Of a stretch of 64,000 nt of DNA, positions 48,901-61,805 are shown in pieces. How positions within the stretch are numbered: the stretch's first letter is position 1; each line of letters opens with the position of its first letter. The DNA comes from Mobula hypostoma (lineage: Eukaryota). Below the pieces are notes generated by a model. That model was not told the origin of the DNA. It saw only the letters and a program-made list of their open reading frames with translations, and made no database searches. Both the position numbers and the translations under genes were made by a program. The stretch is from contig NC_086097.1 in assembly GCF_963921235.1 (NCBI RefSeq), positions 105,588,001 through 105,652,000 of the forward strand, in the 5' to 3' direction.

Positions 48901-51900
48901 AAGGAAGGAGGAATACTAATATCTGAGGAAGACTGGACAATAATATGGAGGTATCAATGGAAGTGTACCAGTTCACAGAAATGGAGGGAGTTCGGGTGGA
49001 AAAACTTGATAAGATATTTTATTACACCCTCTCAGAAATCCCATTATAATAGTAACTCCCCTGCTTGCTGGAGAAATTGTGGAAATCAAAATGCAAACCA
49101 TTATCATATTTTCTGGGATTGCCCTGTTATCAAAGACTATTGGAGTGGGATACATAATGCCCTACAAGACATCTTTAAATGTGAAATACCCTTAGAGAGT
49201 AAGACCATACATTTTAGGTATATACCTCAAGAATGGTTGAAAAGAGATAAATATTTAATGAACGTACTGCTGGTGGCTGGTGAAAAGACCCTTACCAGGA
49301 AATGGTTATCACAGGAGAGCCCAACTTTAAATGCATGGATCGAAATTACAATGGACATTTACAAAATGGAGAAGATAACAGCATCTGTTAATTATAAGTT
49401 GGAACAATTTTATTCATACTGGAAAAAATGGTTTAACTACAGAACACCTCATAGGCCTGATTTTATTCTCACAAGTCAATGAATATGTGGTAAAAAAAAT
49501 CACTCCCTACTCTGTACAGAGTTTTCTTCTTTCGATTGTTCTTTCTTTCCTCTCCTTTCTATAAGTGTATACCTCAGATAAATATTATGTGGAAATTTGT
49601 GACAAATAAGATTATATGATATATATGTACAATATCTGAAATACATCTCATGAAAATGTTTGTTTGATGATGAAATTCAATAAAAAATAAATTACGAAAA
49701 AAAAGTGACGTGACATTCGCTGTCTTCCAATCCGCCGGGACCTGCCCAGAGTCTAGAGAGTTTTGGTAAATGATTACCAACCCATCTACTATAACCTCTG
49801 CCAATTCCCTCAGCACCCTGGGATGCATCCCATCAGGACCAGGGGACCTGGACATTCAGGCCCTCCAGTTTGCTCATCACTATCTCTTATAGTGACAGTG
49901 ATTTTATTTAGGTCCTCACCTCCCATTTCGTCCACATCATTCTTCTTTGGCATATTAGACGTGTCCTCCACCGTAAAGACCAACACAAAATAGTCATTCA
50001 ATGCCTCAGCCATTTCCTTATCACCCCGTATCAATTTCCCAGTCTCGACTTCCAAGGGATCTATGTTGACTTCAACCACTCTCTTCCGCTTTATATATTT
50101 ATAAAAACTTTTGCTTTGTTTTTATATTTTGTGCTAATTTACTTTCATACTCTAACTTCCTTTTCCTTATTTCTTGTTTAGTTTTTTCTTTGTTGCTTTT
50201 TAAAGTTTTCCCAATCCTCCACTCTCCCACTATTCTTTGTGACTTTGTACGCATGAGCTTTTAATTTGATTCTATCTTTTATTTCCTTAGTTATCCAAGG
50301 CTGGCTCTCCCCACACTTCCTGTCCTTACTTTTGACTGGAATATACTTTTGTTGAGCACTGTGAAAAATCTCTTTGAAAGTATTCCACTGTTCCTCAACT
50401 GTCCTACCAAATAGCCTGTGCTCTCAGTCCACATTAACCAACTCCTCCCTCATCGTGTTGCAGTCTCCCTTGTTCAAGCATAATACACTAGTTTTAGATC
50501 TAACTATTTCATCCTCCGTCTGTATGCGAAGTTCAATCATACTATGATCACTCTTTCCAAGAGGAACTCTGACTGCAAGATCATTAATCTTACCTGTCTC
50601 ATTGCACAGGACTAGATCTAATGTAGTATTTTCCCTTGTAGGTTCACTAACAAGCTGCTCAAGAAAGCCATCACGGATGCATTCTATGAAGTCCTCCTCC
50701 AGATTTCCTTAATCAACCTGATTCACCCAATTTATGTGGAAGTTAAACTCCCCCATGACAACTCCCATTCCGTTCTTACAAGCCTCAGTTATTTCTTGGT
50801 TAATCGCCTCTACCACTGCAATATTTTTTTTAGGTGGCCTGTAGACAACACCCACCAGTGATTTTTTTTTCCTTTACTATTCTTAATCTCTACCCAGGCG
50901 GTCTCAACATTCTGTTCTGTAGATCTTATATCGTCTTTCACAATTGCCCTGATCTCATCCTTAATTAAGAGTGCCACCTCCTTTGCCTTCCTGCCTATCT
51001 TTCCATATTACCTGATACCCTTGGATATTTAATTCCCAGTCATCTCCATCTTGCAACCAGGTTTCTGTAATGGCCACTAAATCATATGCCTTGGTACTGA
51101 TCTGTGCCTCAAGTTCACTAACCTCGTTTCTAATACTACGGGCATTTAGATAAAGTGCCCTTATACTCATTGTCCTTTTAGAATCTAGTGACCTATACGA
51201 TTTTTGCTTTTTATTTTTATGCACTCTACTCTTACTTTTTTTCCACTAACTCCAGCTTTGGTCTCTGCATCACTTCCATCTTCTTTTCTGTGTTGGTTCC
51301 CATCCCCCTACCATATTAGTTTAAAGTCTCCCCAACAGCACTGGCAGACAATCTCCCTAGGACATTGTTCCTGGCTCTGCCCAGATGTACACCGTCCAGA
51401 TGGTACTGGTCCCACCTCCCCCTTAAGCAGTTCCAATGCCCCAAGAATCTGAAACTCTCCCTCCTGCACCACTGCTCAAGCCACATATTCACTCTAGCTA
51501 TCCTGCTATTCCAACTCTGGCTAGCATGTGGCACCGGTAATAATCCTGAGATTTTTACCTTTGAGGTCCTACTCTTTAATTTTTCTCCTAGCTCCCTAAA
51601 TTCAGCTTGTAGGACCTCATCCCGCTTTCTTCCTATATCGTTAATACCTACATACACCACGACAGCTGGCTGCTCACCCTCGCCTTTCAGAATGCCCTGC
51701 AGCCTCTCCGAGTCATCTCTGACCCTTGCACCCGGGAGGCACACACCATATGAGAGTCCTGTTTGCAGCCACAGAAGCTCCTCTCTACTCCCCTTACCAT
51801 GGAATCCCCTACCACAACAGCTCCGCCACTCTTTTCCTTGCCCTCGTGCACAGCAGAGCCACCCACAGTGCCATGATCCTGGCTACTGCTGCCCTCACCT

Positions 51901-52416
51901 GATGAGCCATCTCCCCCAACAGACTCCAAAGCGGTATATCTGTTTTGGAGGGAGATGACTGCAGGAGACTCCTGTATTACCTTCCTGCGACTACTCATCC
52001 TGTTGGTCACCCATTCCCCATCTTTCCTTAGATCCTTAAACTGCAGTGTGACCAACTCACTAACTGTGCTATCCACAACATTCTCAGCATCTCGGATGCT
52101 CCAAAGTGAGTCCATGCGCAGCTCCAGTGCTGCCATGTGGTCTATCAGGAGCTGTGGATGGACACACTTCCTGCACACGTAGTCTTCCATAACCAGCTAC
52201 CCAAAGCATTTCATTATTGTTGAGTTCAGTGTTAATGCAGGAGTGGGAGAAGGGGATGAGCAACTGCTAGTGGGAGTAGCTTATGGGGTAGCTCTGGCTG
52301 GGGGAAGAAGCCTTATGCCATATTAGTGTGCTTGTCCAGGAGGAAGCAACTGAAGAGTGAGAGAGTTTTAGCTGATTGCTGTGAAGAACCAATTGAAGGG
52401 GAGGTTATGACAGAGA

Positions 52417-52905
52417 ACCAGTTGCTGGCGTGGGGCTGTTTCTGGGACAGGGACTCTCGGACTCCGGGGCCGGTTATTGGAAAGGGAAGTTGCTGTTGCT
52501 GTGTGTGTGTGTGTGTGTTGGGGAGGGACCAGTTGCTGGGGTGGGGCTGTTTCAGAGACAGAGAGACACTCCGACTCCGGGGCTGGTTATTGGAAAGGGA
52601 AGTTGCTGTTGCTGTGTGTGTGTGTGTGTTGGGGGGGGGTAGGGACCAGTTGCTGGGGTGGGGCTGTTTCTGAGACAGAGAGACACTCCGACTCTGGGAC
52701 CGGTTGTTGGAAAGGGAAGTTGCTGTTGTTGTGTGTGTGTTGGGGTGGGGCTGTTTCAGAGACAGAGAGACTCTCGGACTCCGGGGCCGGTTATCGGAAA
52801 GGGAAGTTGCTGTTGCTGTGTGTGTGTGTGTGTTGGGTGGGGGGTAGGGACCAGTTGCTGGGGTGGGGCTGTTTCAGAGACAGAGAGACACTCCGACTCC
52901 GGGGT
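52417..52905. repeat. ~110-117-bp tandem repeat (about 4.5 copies), each full unit with a (GT)n tract
   Basis: GGGGCTGTTTC.GAGACAG and GGAAAGGGAAGTTGCTGTTG recur. Units start near 52417, 52528, 52645, 52742 (partial) and 52850. Confidence 0.92.
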
Positions 52906-53000
52906 GGACGGCTGTTACGCGGTGACGTCAGTGTTGCGGCTATGTCTTGGCACCGGAAGTGTCGTCACACCGGGAGGCGCAGGAACGGCGGTGGGTTGGG
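52905..53000 (+). promoter_or_regulatory. CpG-rich housekeeping-type promoter core (CRE and ETS sites)
   Basis: TGACGTCA at 52923-52930 and CCGGAAGTG at 52953-52961, in non-TE CpG-rich sequence (about 52900-53340). Confidence 0.7.
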
Positions 53001-53056
53001 GTTCTGCTGCCGGTGATTGCGAGGTTGTGTCAGCCGTGACCGAGCGGCTCTTCATC
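52960..53056 (+). other. Probable non-coding first exon (start approximate); donor GTGAGT at 53057, alternative donor GTAAGG at 53083
   Basis: Consensus 5' splice sites followed by G-runs, just downstream of the promoter motifs. Confidence 0.45.
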
Positions 53057-55127
53057 GTGAGTGGGGGCGTGGGGCTGGGGCGGTAAGGGCCCAGTTCGGA
53101 TGTGTTGTCTTGGGTTGGAGCAGAGCGGTATTCTCTGTGTTAGCCCGTCCCCGGCCCTTCCCACAGTCAGTCCGCTGTGACTGGGCAGGACCTGCTTCCC
53201 CTGGATCCGCCGTGATGTACATCTGTCGGGAACGACTGCTCGAGTGCTGTCACTCTGTTAGATCACGGCTGAAATATATGCCCCCACCCCCACTTTCTTC
53301 CTCCCCTACAGTGCCCGGCTCTTCTTACCCCTCCCGGCTGCTGGTCAACTCGTCCATCAGAGTGGTCATTCACCCTCTAAAAATTAGCTTGTTGGGGACT
53401 TTTTATTTAACAAGTCTGACTGGTTCTATTGTGCTGTCTTAATGTTTAGCCATTAGATTCTGAAATTTAAGCAATCTGTATACCTAGTCTCACGAGCAGC
53501 AGTAAAACAAGTTAGCTATTGAACAGCATTCGTGTTACCTGGTTTTACCGAAATGTGGAAAGTAAACAGTTGAGTGTGTCCATCAAACGTGACCTCCAAT
53601 TATGTTAGGTGGTCAAAGTTGGAATCCAGCCATTACTTAAGAGGTGAATTTTAACATGTACTTGTCGATATCCTGTGGAACATACATATACCATATGTTA
53701 TGTTAACGAAAGAGAATAATTTAGTAACTTTATGCTGTTCCTGTAATAACAAGTTATTCTGGATTGATTGTTAAGTGCTTTCACATGACCTGTATGACAT
53801 ACTTGGTATCTTAATTCTTTCAACTTGCTAATGTGGGATGAGGGTAACTGCTAACCATCACTGAATACCCTGCTTCACACTTTTCATCTGATAATATTTT
53901 GCCATTCAACTGAGTTGGCCTATCCTTCCTTGTTTCTATTCTTGTTTATCCAGTACAGCTACCAGATTGGATTCTAGTCCTAGTCATCTTCACTTGGCCA
54001 CATCTATTTCTTGCCTGCATGCTCCCTGTTGGTAACCCCTGAAATCAAAGTTGTGTATATATGACAATGAATTCGAGCACATGTACACGCAGGTGGAATG
54101 AAAAACTGACTTGCAGCAGTTTCACAGGCACATAGCATCAGAGATAGAGCATTCACAAGAAAAACAGATCTAAGTTATAACAATTTTTATAATATCGTTT
54201 ACTTGCCTCAGCCCTGAATTGACTCTGCATGGCACTCGCCTCAACCTTGGACTGGCTGTGTGACTGAACATGCATTCGGGGACTCTGCAGTTCATGTTCT
54301 GAATGTTATTTGTTTACATTTTTATTGTTTTCATGATCTTCCTTTTTTCACACATTGGGTGCTTGACATTCTTTGTTGTGCAGGGTTTTTTAAAATGGGT
54401 ACTATTGTGTTTCTCTGTTTTGTGGCTGCCTGCAAGAGGACAAACTCAAGGTTGTAAATGATATACATACTTTCATAATAAGTGTTCTTTGAACTTTAAT
54501 ATGTCATGTTTCAGATGCCAATTGATGCCATCCAGCTCCACTTCACCATCATCTCTCCTATGTCACTGACCCCGTCAAACTGATTATCCAAATTCCGTTA
54601 CTAGATCAGGAGACGTTTCCTCTCAACAAATATTGTAAAAGTTCAATGTACGTTTATTATCAAAGTATGTATGCAGTATACAACCTTGAGATTCGTCTTC
54701 CCACAGACAGCCGCGAAAACAAGAATCATAATGGAACCTATTTAAGGAAAACATCAAACACCTGATGTTGGTAATAGTTATTATCATCAGATTGCAAAAA
54801 ATATGTCCCTTGGCCACCATCTCCAACTCTGTCAAAAAATGAAACAGACTGTTCATGACCTTCATGGCTTATTTGACAGTGAGATTAGCATCTGACAGCA
54901 GGACAATCTAATTCCAATTACATTTTGCCTTTCCAGATTTACCACTGCCTAATGCTGAAACCCCCATTCATGCTTGTGTTAACTCTAGGCAAAATCTATA
55001 ATTCTTTCTTCCTCTATCTCGACTTGCACCATTTTTCATTCACTCCTGAAATGTAATGATTTTTTTTTGCTTCCCATTTCAACACTGACTTTGGAAGTTC
55101 TCATTTGTAAATCCCATTGTGGGTTTA

Positions 55128-55900
55128 GTCATAAGAAATAGGAGCAGGAGTAGGCCATCTGGCCCATTAAGTTTGCTCTGCCATTCAATAAGATCATGGC
55201 TGATCTGGCCAGGGACTCATCTCTGCCTACCTGCCTTTTCCTCATAACCCTCAATTCTCCTACTATGCAAAAATCTATCCAACCTTGTTTTAAACCTAAC
55301 CTAGGTAGCCTCCACTGCTTCATTGAGCGGAGAATTTCACAGATTCACCACTCTCTGGAAAAAGCAGTTCCTCCTCATCTCTGTCCTAAATCTACTTCCC
55401 TGAATCTTGAGGCTATGTCCCTAGTTCTAGTCTCACTTACCAGTGGAAACAATTTTCCTGCCTCTCTTATTTATCCATTTCATTATTTTATATGTTTCTG
55501 TAAGATCTCCTCCCATTCTTCTGAATTCCAGCGAATACAGTCCCAAGTGACTCAATCTCTCCTCACAGTCTAACCCCCTCATCTCTGGAATCAACCTGGT
55601 GAACCTCCTCTGCACCACCTCCAAGGCCAGTACATCCTTCCTCAAGTAAGGAGACCAGAACTGCACACAGTACTCCAGATGTGACCTCACCAGTACCCTG
55701 TACAGTTGGAGCATAACCTTCATATTCTTCTGTTTAATCCCTCTAACAATGAAGGCCGACATCCCATTTGCTTTCTTGATAGCCTGCTGCACCAGCAAAC
55801 CAACCTTTTGTGATTCATGCACAAGCACTCCCAAGTCCCTCTGCACAGCAGCATGCTGCAATTTTTTACCATTGAAATAATAATCTGCTCTTCCATTTTC
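55128..55900 (-). mobile_element. CR1 3' fragment
   Basis: ORF 55433..55981 reads QRDLGV..KKANGM..HLEYCVQFWSP, and the 3'UTR resembles that at 38060. Confidence 0.88.
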
Positions 55901-56159
55901 CTCACATCCTTTCAGCCAGAGTTTGAACAGGGGTCTTGAAGGCTTGTAAACAGTCATTTTCTTTTTATCACCTTTAGCCATGCCTTCTGTGTAGGGCTTA
56001 AATTCTGGAAGTTTCTCTACAGACCTGGATTTCTGTCTCCCACTTGTCCTTTAATGTTTTTGAAGGCCTATTTCTTTATCATTATCTCTAGTTTCATTGA
56101 TGATATTCCACTGATACCAATACCTAATGGCTACATGGATAGATAGGGTGGTTAATTGG

Positions 56160-57905
56160 GCATATGACATGCTTGGGGAATAGAATATAAAAGCTGGGGT
56201 GATATATTGAAACCACAACACACTGCTTAGTCTGCACTTGGAGTATCATGCGCATCTTTGGTCATCGTACTCTCAGAAAGATGTGATTGTCTTGGAGAGA
56301 GTGCAGAAGAGATTCCCCAGAATGGTGTGAGTTGGATAGGCTAAGCGTGAAGGGTATGTAATGTGTCTTTTACCCTTAGTAGAGGTATTAAAATAGAGGC
56401 AATAGGTTTCTGATGAGGGGGAAGAGTTTTAAAGAGGATTTGAGGAAGATGTTTTTGTAAGAATGGCTAATGCGCTGCTAGAGGAGGTGGTGGAGGGATC
56501 CTACCGGAAGCAGAAGTATCAAGGCTGTGAGTTCAAAAGCTGGGGAGCTATGTTGCACCTGTATAACACTTTAGTTAGGCTGCATTGGGGAGTAATGACA
56601 TTAAATTCTAGTTGCCACATGCTAGGTAGGATATGGAGAATTTGGAGAGGGTGAGAAAGAGGTTTATCCGGATGCTGCCTGGATTAGAGGGTGTGGGTTA
56701 TGAGGAGAGCTTGAACACACTTTTCTCTGGAGCAGTGGAGGTTCAGGGGAAACCTGACAGAAGCTTTAGTAGGGCACAGGCAGCTGGTACATTTTTCTCC
56801 CAGGTTGAAATGTCTAATGCGTTTAAGGTGAGAGGTGTGCAGGGAAAGTTTTTTTGTATAGAGCCTGGAAAATACTGCAGGAGTTGGTGTGCTGGATGGT
56901 GAAGGCAAATATGAAAAATGCATTCAATAAGCTCTTAAGTAGGCACATGGATGTGCAGAGGATGGAGAGAGATGGACATTGTGTAAGCAGAAGGGTGTAG
57001 TTTAGTTAGACATTTAATTAATTTGGAAAAACATCATGTGCTGTACTGGTCTATGTTTGAGACATTTTGAAAGGCACTTAAGTAGACAAGGCAAAGAAGG
57101 ATATAGTCATAGTGCAGACATCAGGGATTAGTGTAAGTGGGCAAAAACATGGGCTTTGCACATGATGGGCTCAAAATTTCAATGCTGTGCAACTGAATTT
57201 ATAAAACATCCTGAGATGTCTTACTGCAATTTACTATAAATGTTCGATCAGAGACAATGTGGTGGGTGTGTTTAGTACAAGTGCTACTTCACAATTTAAG
57301 GAATCCTGGTTCAATTGTGACTTGCAGTGCAGTCTCTATTTCTGCTCCAGTTTCCTCCCTCATCTGTACATTTTTCAGCTAGCACAACTTTGGAGGAAAA
57401 GATTAGTTTCTTGTTTTTTTTTGTTCACTCACTCCTAAGTGAATTTTTTTCAGTATCTCAAAGTTTTGGGTAGTTATATTTTATTTATGAGGTAATGAGT
57501 GCAGAGATTTACCAGGATGCTGCCTGCATTAGAGAGCATGTCTTATGATGATAGGTTGAGTGAGCTAAGGTTTTTCTTTTTGGAGTGAAGGGGGATGAGA
57601 GGTGACTTGATGGAGGTGTACAAGATAAGTGGATAGCCAGAGATGTTTTTCCCAGGACAGAAATGGCTAATACAATGGGGGTATAATTTTAACGTGATTG
57701 GATTAAAGGGGTAAGTTTTTTACACAGACGGGTGAATATGTGGAGCGCCATGCCGGGGTGGTGATAGAGGCAGCTAGTTGGATAGACACATGGATGATGG
57801 GAAAATTGAGGGTTATGTAGGAGGGAAGTCAGATTGATCTTAAAGAGAAGGTTAAAACCTTGGTGCAGCATCATGGTACAAAGGATATGTAGTGTTCTTT
57901 GTTCC
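56160..57905 (+). mobile_element. Several highly decayed CR1 3' fragments
   Basis: LYNTLVRLH and LERVRKRFIRMLPGLE-like pieces. Boundaries are approximate. Confidence 0.6.
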
Positions 57906-58379
57906 AATTCTGTCGGGATGAATTTCAGTAACCTGATTGACCGTATTACCAGGGGTGGGACTGGTCACCTATAATGGCAATAGGGAAGAATAAATTTATG
58001 GAGGAATTAATGTATATAGAAATGGTATGTGAGGCAGCACAAACCCGGTGGAATTAATGGACCTCTTATCTATCACATGGAATATTCATGGCTGATTACA
58101 ACTGGCAATGATAATCCGGAGTTCACACCCCAAAAGAAAACTCTTGTGGCTGGTGTTGATTGAACATTTTCAAAATTAAGAGGTTAATCTTTCAATAGCA
58201 GCAAACTTGGATGCTGGTAATTGGAGATTGAAACAAAATGATAGATCCAGTATCTGTCAGGACAGGAAAGGAGCTGTCATTTCCAGTCAGTGAGCTGGTT
58301 GTCAGAACAAATCATTAAGCAGAAACATTAACTATTTGAAATTTTGTTTCCTCAGTTGATGTCTGCCTATGTTAATGTT

Positions 58380-59098
58380 CTATCTGCCTCTACACGTCCC
58401 CCCATTCAGGGCCCCAAACAGTCCTTCCAGGTGATGTGACACTTCACCTGTGTGTCTGTTGGGGTCATAAACTGTGTTTGGTGCCTCCCGGGATGGCCTT
58501 CTGTATATCAGTGAGACCCGACATAGGTTGGGAGACCACTTCGCCAAGTACCTATGTGCCGTCTGCCAGAAAAAGCAGGATCTCCCAGTGGCCATCCATT
58601 TCAATTCCACTTTCCATTCCCATTCCAATATGTCGTGATGAGGCCACTCTCATTCTGTCTGGGTAGCCTCCAATCTGATGGCACGTACATTGATTTCTCG
58701 AACTTCTGGTAGTGCCCTCCCCCCCCCCCCTTCACCAGTCCCCATTCCCTTTTTCCTCTCTCGCCTTATCTCCTTGCCCACCCCTTGCCTCTCTCTGGTG
58801 TTCCTCCTTACTTTCTTCTATGGCCTTCTGTCCTCTTCAGACTCCTCCTCCTCTTTCACTAATCAACTTCCCAACTCTTTACTTCAGGTTTCACCTATCA
58901 CCTTGTGTTTCTCTCTCCCTCCCCCACCTTTTAAATCTACTCCTCAACTTTTTTTATCCAGTCTTGCCGAAGAGCCTTGGCCTGTAATACCGACTGTAGT
59001 ACTCTTTTCCATGAATGCTGCCTAGTCTACTGAGTTCCTCCACCATTTTGTGTGTGTTGCTTGGATTTCCAGCATCTGCATATTTTCACTTGTTTGTG
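58380..59098 (+). mobile_element. Penelope-like element 3' part with decayed GIY-YIG endonuclease and pseudo-LTR
   Basis: IQGPKQSFQV..HFTC.SVGVI.CV.C...LLYISETRHRLGDHF, with a degenerate hammerhead near 58960-58996. Confidence 0.82.
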
Positions 59099-59099
59099 A

Positions 59100-59905
59100 G
59101 AGGAAGAATCCTCTCCACCTCCACACTATCTAGCCCTTTCAACATTCAGTAGGTTACAATGAGATCCCCTCGCATTCTTCTAAATTCCAGTGAGTACAGG
59201 TCCAAAGCTGCCAAATGCTCTTCATGTGTTAACCTCTTCATTCCTGGAATCATCCTCATGAACCTCCTCTGGACCCTCTCCAATGACAACAAATCCTTTC
59301 TGCGATATGGGGCCCAAAATTGTTGATAGTACTCCAAATATGGCCTGACTAGTGTCTTATAAATCTTCGGCGTTACTTACTTGTTTTTATATTCTATTCC
59401 CCTTGAAATAAATGTCAGCATTGCATTTGCCTTCTGTAAATTAATCTTCTGGGAGTCTTGCACAAGGATTTCCTCTGCACCTCTGATGTTTGAATTTTCT
59501 CCCCATTTAGATAATAGTCTTCACGTCCATTATCATACATTTCCCAACGCTGTACTCCATCTCCCACTTTTTAGCCCCTTTTTCCAATTTGTCCTGCTGC
59601 AATCGCATTGCTTCCTCAGCACTACCTACCCTTCCATCTATCTTTGTATCATCTGCAAACTTTGCCACAAAGTCATCATTTCCATTATCCAAGTCATTGA
59701 CAATGTAAAAAGTAGTGATCCCAATACTGATACCTGAGGAACACCACTAGTCACTGGCAGCCAACCAAAAAAGGCCCCCTTTATTCCCACCGGCTGCCTC
59801 CTGCCTGTCAGCCATTCCTCTATTCATTCCAGTATCTTTCCTGTAACACCATGGGATTTTTATCTTGTTAAGCAGCCTCATGTGTGGCACCTTATCAAAT
59901 GCATG
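59100..59905 (-). mobile_element. Decayed CR1 RT fragment
   Basis: KFADDTKI and YYQQFWAPY..LERVQRRF. Confidence 0.8.
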
Positions 59906-61410
59906 AGGTTACATGGTGAAGGAGAATCCTAAGGGATTCTACAGATATATTAAGAGTAAAGGGATTGCAAGGGACAAAATTGGTCCTCTGGAAGATCAGA
60001 ATGATAATCGAAAGAGATGGGGGGGAGATCATAAATGGATTTTTTCCATCTGCATTTACTCAGGAGATGGACACAGAGTCTACAAAAGCGAGGCAAAGCA
60101 GCAGTGAGGTCATGGACCCTGAACAGATTACAGAGGAGGAGGTGTTTGCTGTTCTGAGGCAAATCTGGCTAGATATATCCCCAGGGCCTGACGATGTATT
60201 CCCTCAGACCCTGTGGGAGGCAATTGCAGAAACTGCAGGGGCCCTAGCAGAGATATTTAAATCATCCTTAGCGACCGTTGAGGTACCGGACAATTAGAGG
60301 ATAGCTAATATTCTGCTATTTAAGAAGACTCTTAAAATAAAGCAGGAAATTATATCCTGTCATCAGTAGTGGAAAAGTTATTGGAAAGTATTCTAAGGGA
60401 CCAGAGTGGTAGTAGATGGTTGCCTGTCTGACTGAAGGCATGTGACCAGTGGAATGCCACTGGGTCTGTTGCTTGTCATCTATATCAATAATCTGGATGA
60501 TAATGTAGTTAACTGGATCAGCAAATTTGCGGATGGTACCGAGATTCCAGGTATAGTGGACAGCAAGGAAGATTATCGTGGCCTGCAGAGGAATCTGGAT
60601 CAGCAGGAAAAAGAGGCAAATGGAATTTAATGTAGACAAATGTGAGCCGTTGCACTTTGGTAGAACCAACCAGGGTAGGTCTTACACAGTGAACGGAAGA
60701 AGTGTGATAGAACAAAGGGATCTGAAAATACAGGTCAATAATCCATTGAAAGTGGTATCATGGGTAGAGAGTGTTGTAAAGAAAGCTTTTGGCCCATTGG
60801 CCTTTGTAAATCAAAGTATTGAATACAGAAGTATTGGGGTGTTAAGTTGAAGTTGTATAAGACATTATGAGGCCTAATTTGGAGCATTGTGTGCAGTTTT
60901 GGTCACCTACGATGTAAGTAAAGTTGAAAAAGTACAGAGAAAATTTAGAAGGATGTTGCTGGGTCTGGAGGACGTGAATTATTAGGAAAGATTGAATAGG
61001 TTAGGACTTTATTCCTTAGAAATTAGAAGACTGAGAGGAGATTTGATAGAGATATACAAGATGATGAGAGATATTTACAAGGTCAATGCAAGCAGGCTTT
61101 TTCCACTCAGGTTGGGTGGAACTACAACCAGAGAGCATGGGTTAAGGGTGAAAGGTAAAAGGTTTAAGGTGAACATGAGGGGAAACTTCTTCACTCGGGG
61201 TCATGAGAGTGTGGAATGAGTTTGACAGTACAAGTGGTGCATGCAAGCTCGATTTCAATGTTTAAGCAAAATTTGGATAGGTACATGGATGGTAGGAAAT
61301 GGAGGGCTCTGGTGCAGGATAATGGGAGTAGGCAGTTTAACTGGATTTGGCATGGGCTAGGTGGGCCATAGGGTCTGTTTCTGCACTGTACTTTTCTATG
61401 ACTCTGACTC
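59906..61410 (+). mobile_element. Decayed CR1 ORF2 and 3' end
   Basis: KENPKGFYRYIKSK, SPGPD, KFADG and LGLYSLE..RLRGDLIE, with a TGACTC-type tail near 61400. Confidence 0.82.
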
Positions 61411-61718
61411 TAAAGAACCCAATTGAATACAGCCTTGCTTGTAGCTCTCTAGTCTGAGAAGGGCAGAGGTGCTCCTAATTCTGAGGCTTTCAATCTGTGA
61501 TTTGGAGGTGATAGGATTGCATTTGGTGTAGCTGTCTGTGCCTACAAGTCATTAAGGAAATTGAATCATTAGGAAAAGTTAATTTTATTGGGCATCTTAA
61601 AGCGTGGTGGTCAGATGAAGGATTGTGAGCAGATAACTAAAATTGTTATTTTTTTCATTATCTGTTTCAGTGAGAAAGTGAATCACCCACATTAACGAGT
61701 GAGACATACTTGATCCCA

Positions 61719-61805
61719 ATGTCGGAACTATCTGCTCAGATTGTGCCTGCTTTTCAGGCTGGGCAGCCAAAGGAAACTACCTCAGAAAACACTCAGAACA
61801 CCTCG
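61719..61805 (+). CDS. Candidate first coding exon (exon 61671-61805), MSELSAQIVPAFQAGQPKETTSENTQNTS; gene unidentified
   Basis: A pyrimidine tract with a TTTCAG acceptor ends at 61670 and a CG|GTGAG donor starts at 61806. All three frames have stops early in the exon, and the frame from ATG 61719 is open to the donor. Confidence 0.5.

Larger units (their letters stand above)
40382..49698 (+). mobile_element. Full-span L1-clade LINE (ORF1 and ORF2, decayed; endonuclease region deleted) with four nested insertions
   Basis: TSD AAAAAAGTGGTGTGA / AAAAAAGTGACGTGA (40367-40381 and 49699-49713) at a TTTTT/AA site. ORF1 has NIRIYNVPEG, IERTHR, PRSIV and FQT|PYPAKL. ORF2 has KSPGSD, FRPISVLN, DAEKAFD, GTRQGC, YADD and CWRNC..H..WDC. 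AATAAA and an A-rich end follow. Confidence 0.92.
38060..52190 (-). mobile_element. Near full-length decayed CR1 (ORF1 zinc finger/esterase through 3'UTR), broken by nested insertions
   Basis: Collinear pieces: YVCRKC and VVGDSMVRG (51687-52190), DGVHL (51316-51744), YLNARSI and ITETW (50961-51224), SPGPDG..VTSLF (49574-49855), QHGF..DFQ and PQGSVLG (39882-40301), RPHLEYCVQFWSP (38312-38629). Confidence 0.85.

Noticed and set aside
52326..53442. Cys-rich (CVCVC) ORFs
   Set aside because: Translations of (GT)n tracts and GC-rich promoter sequence.
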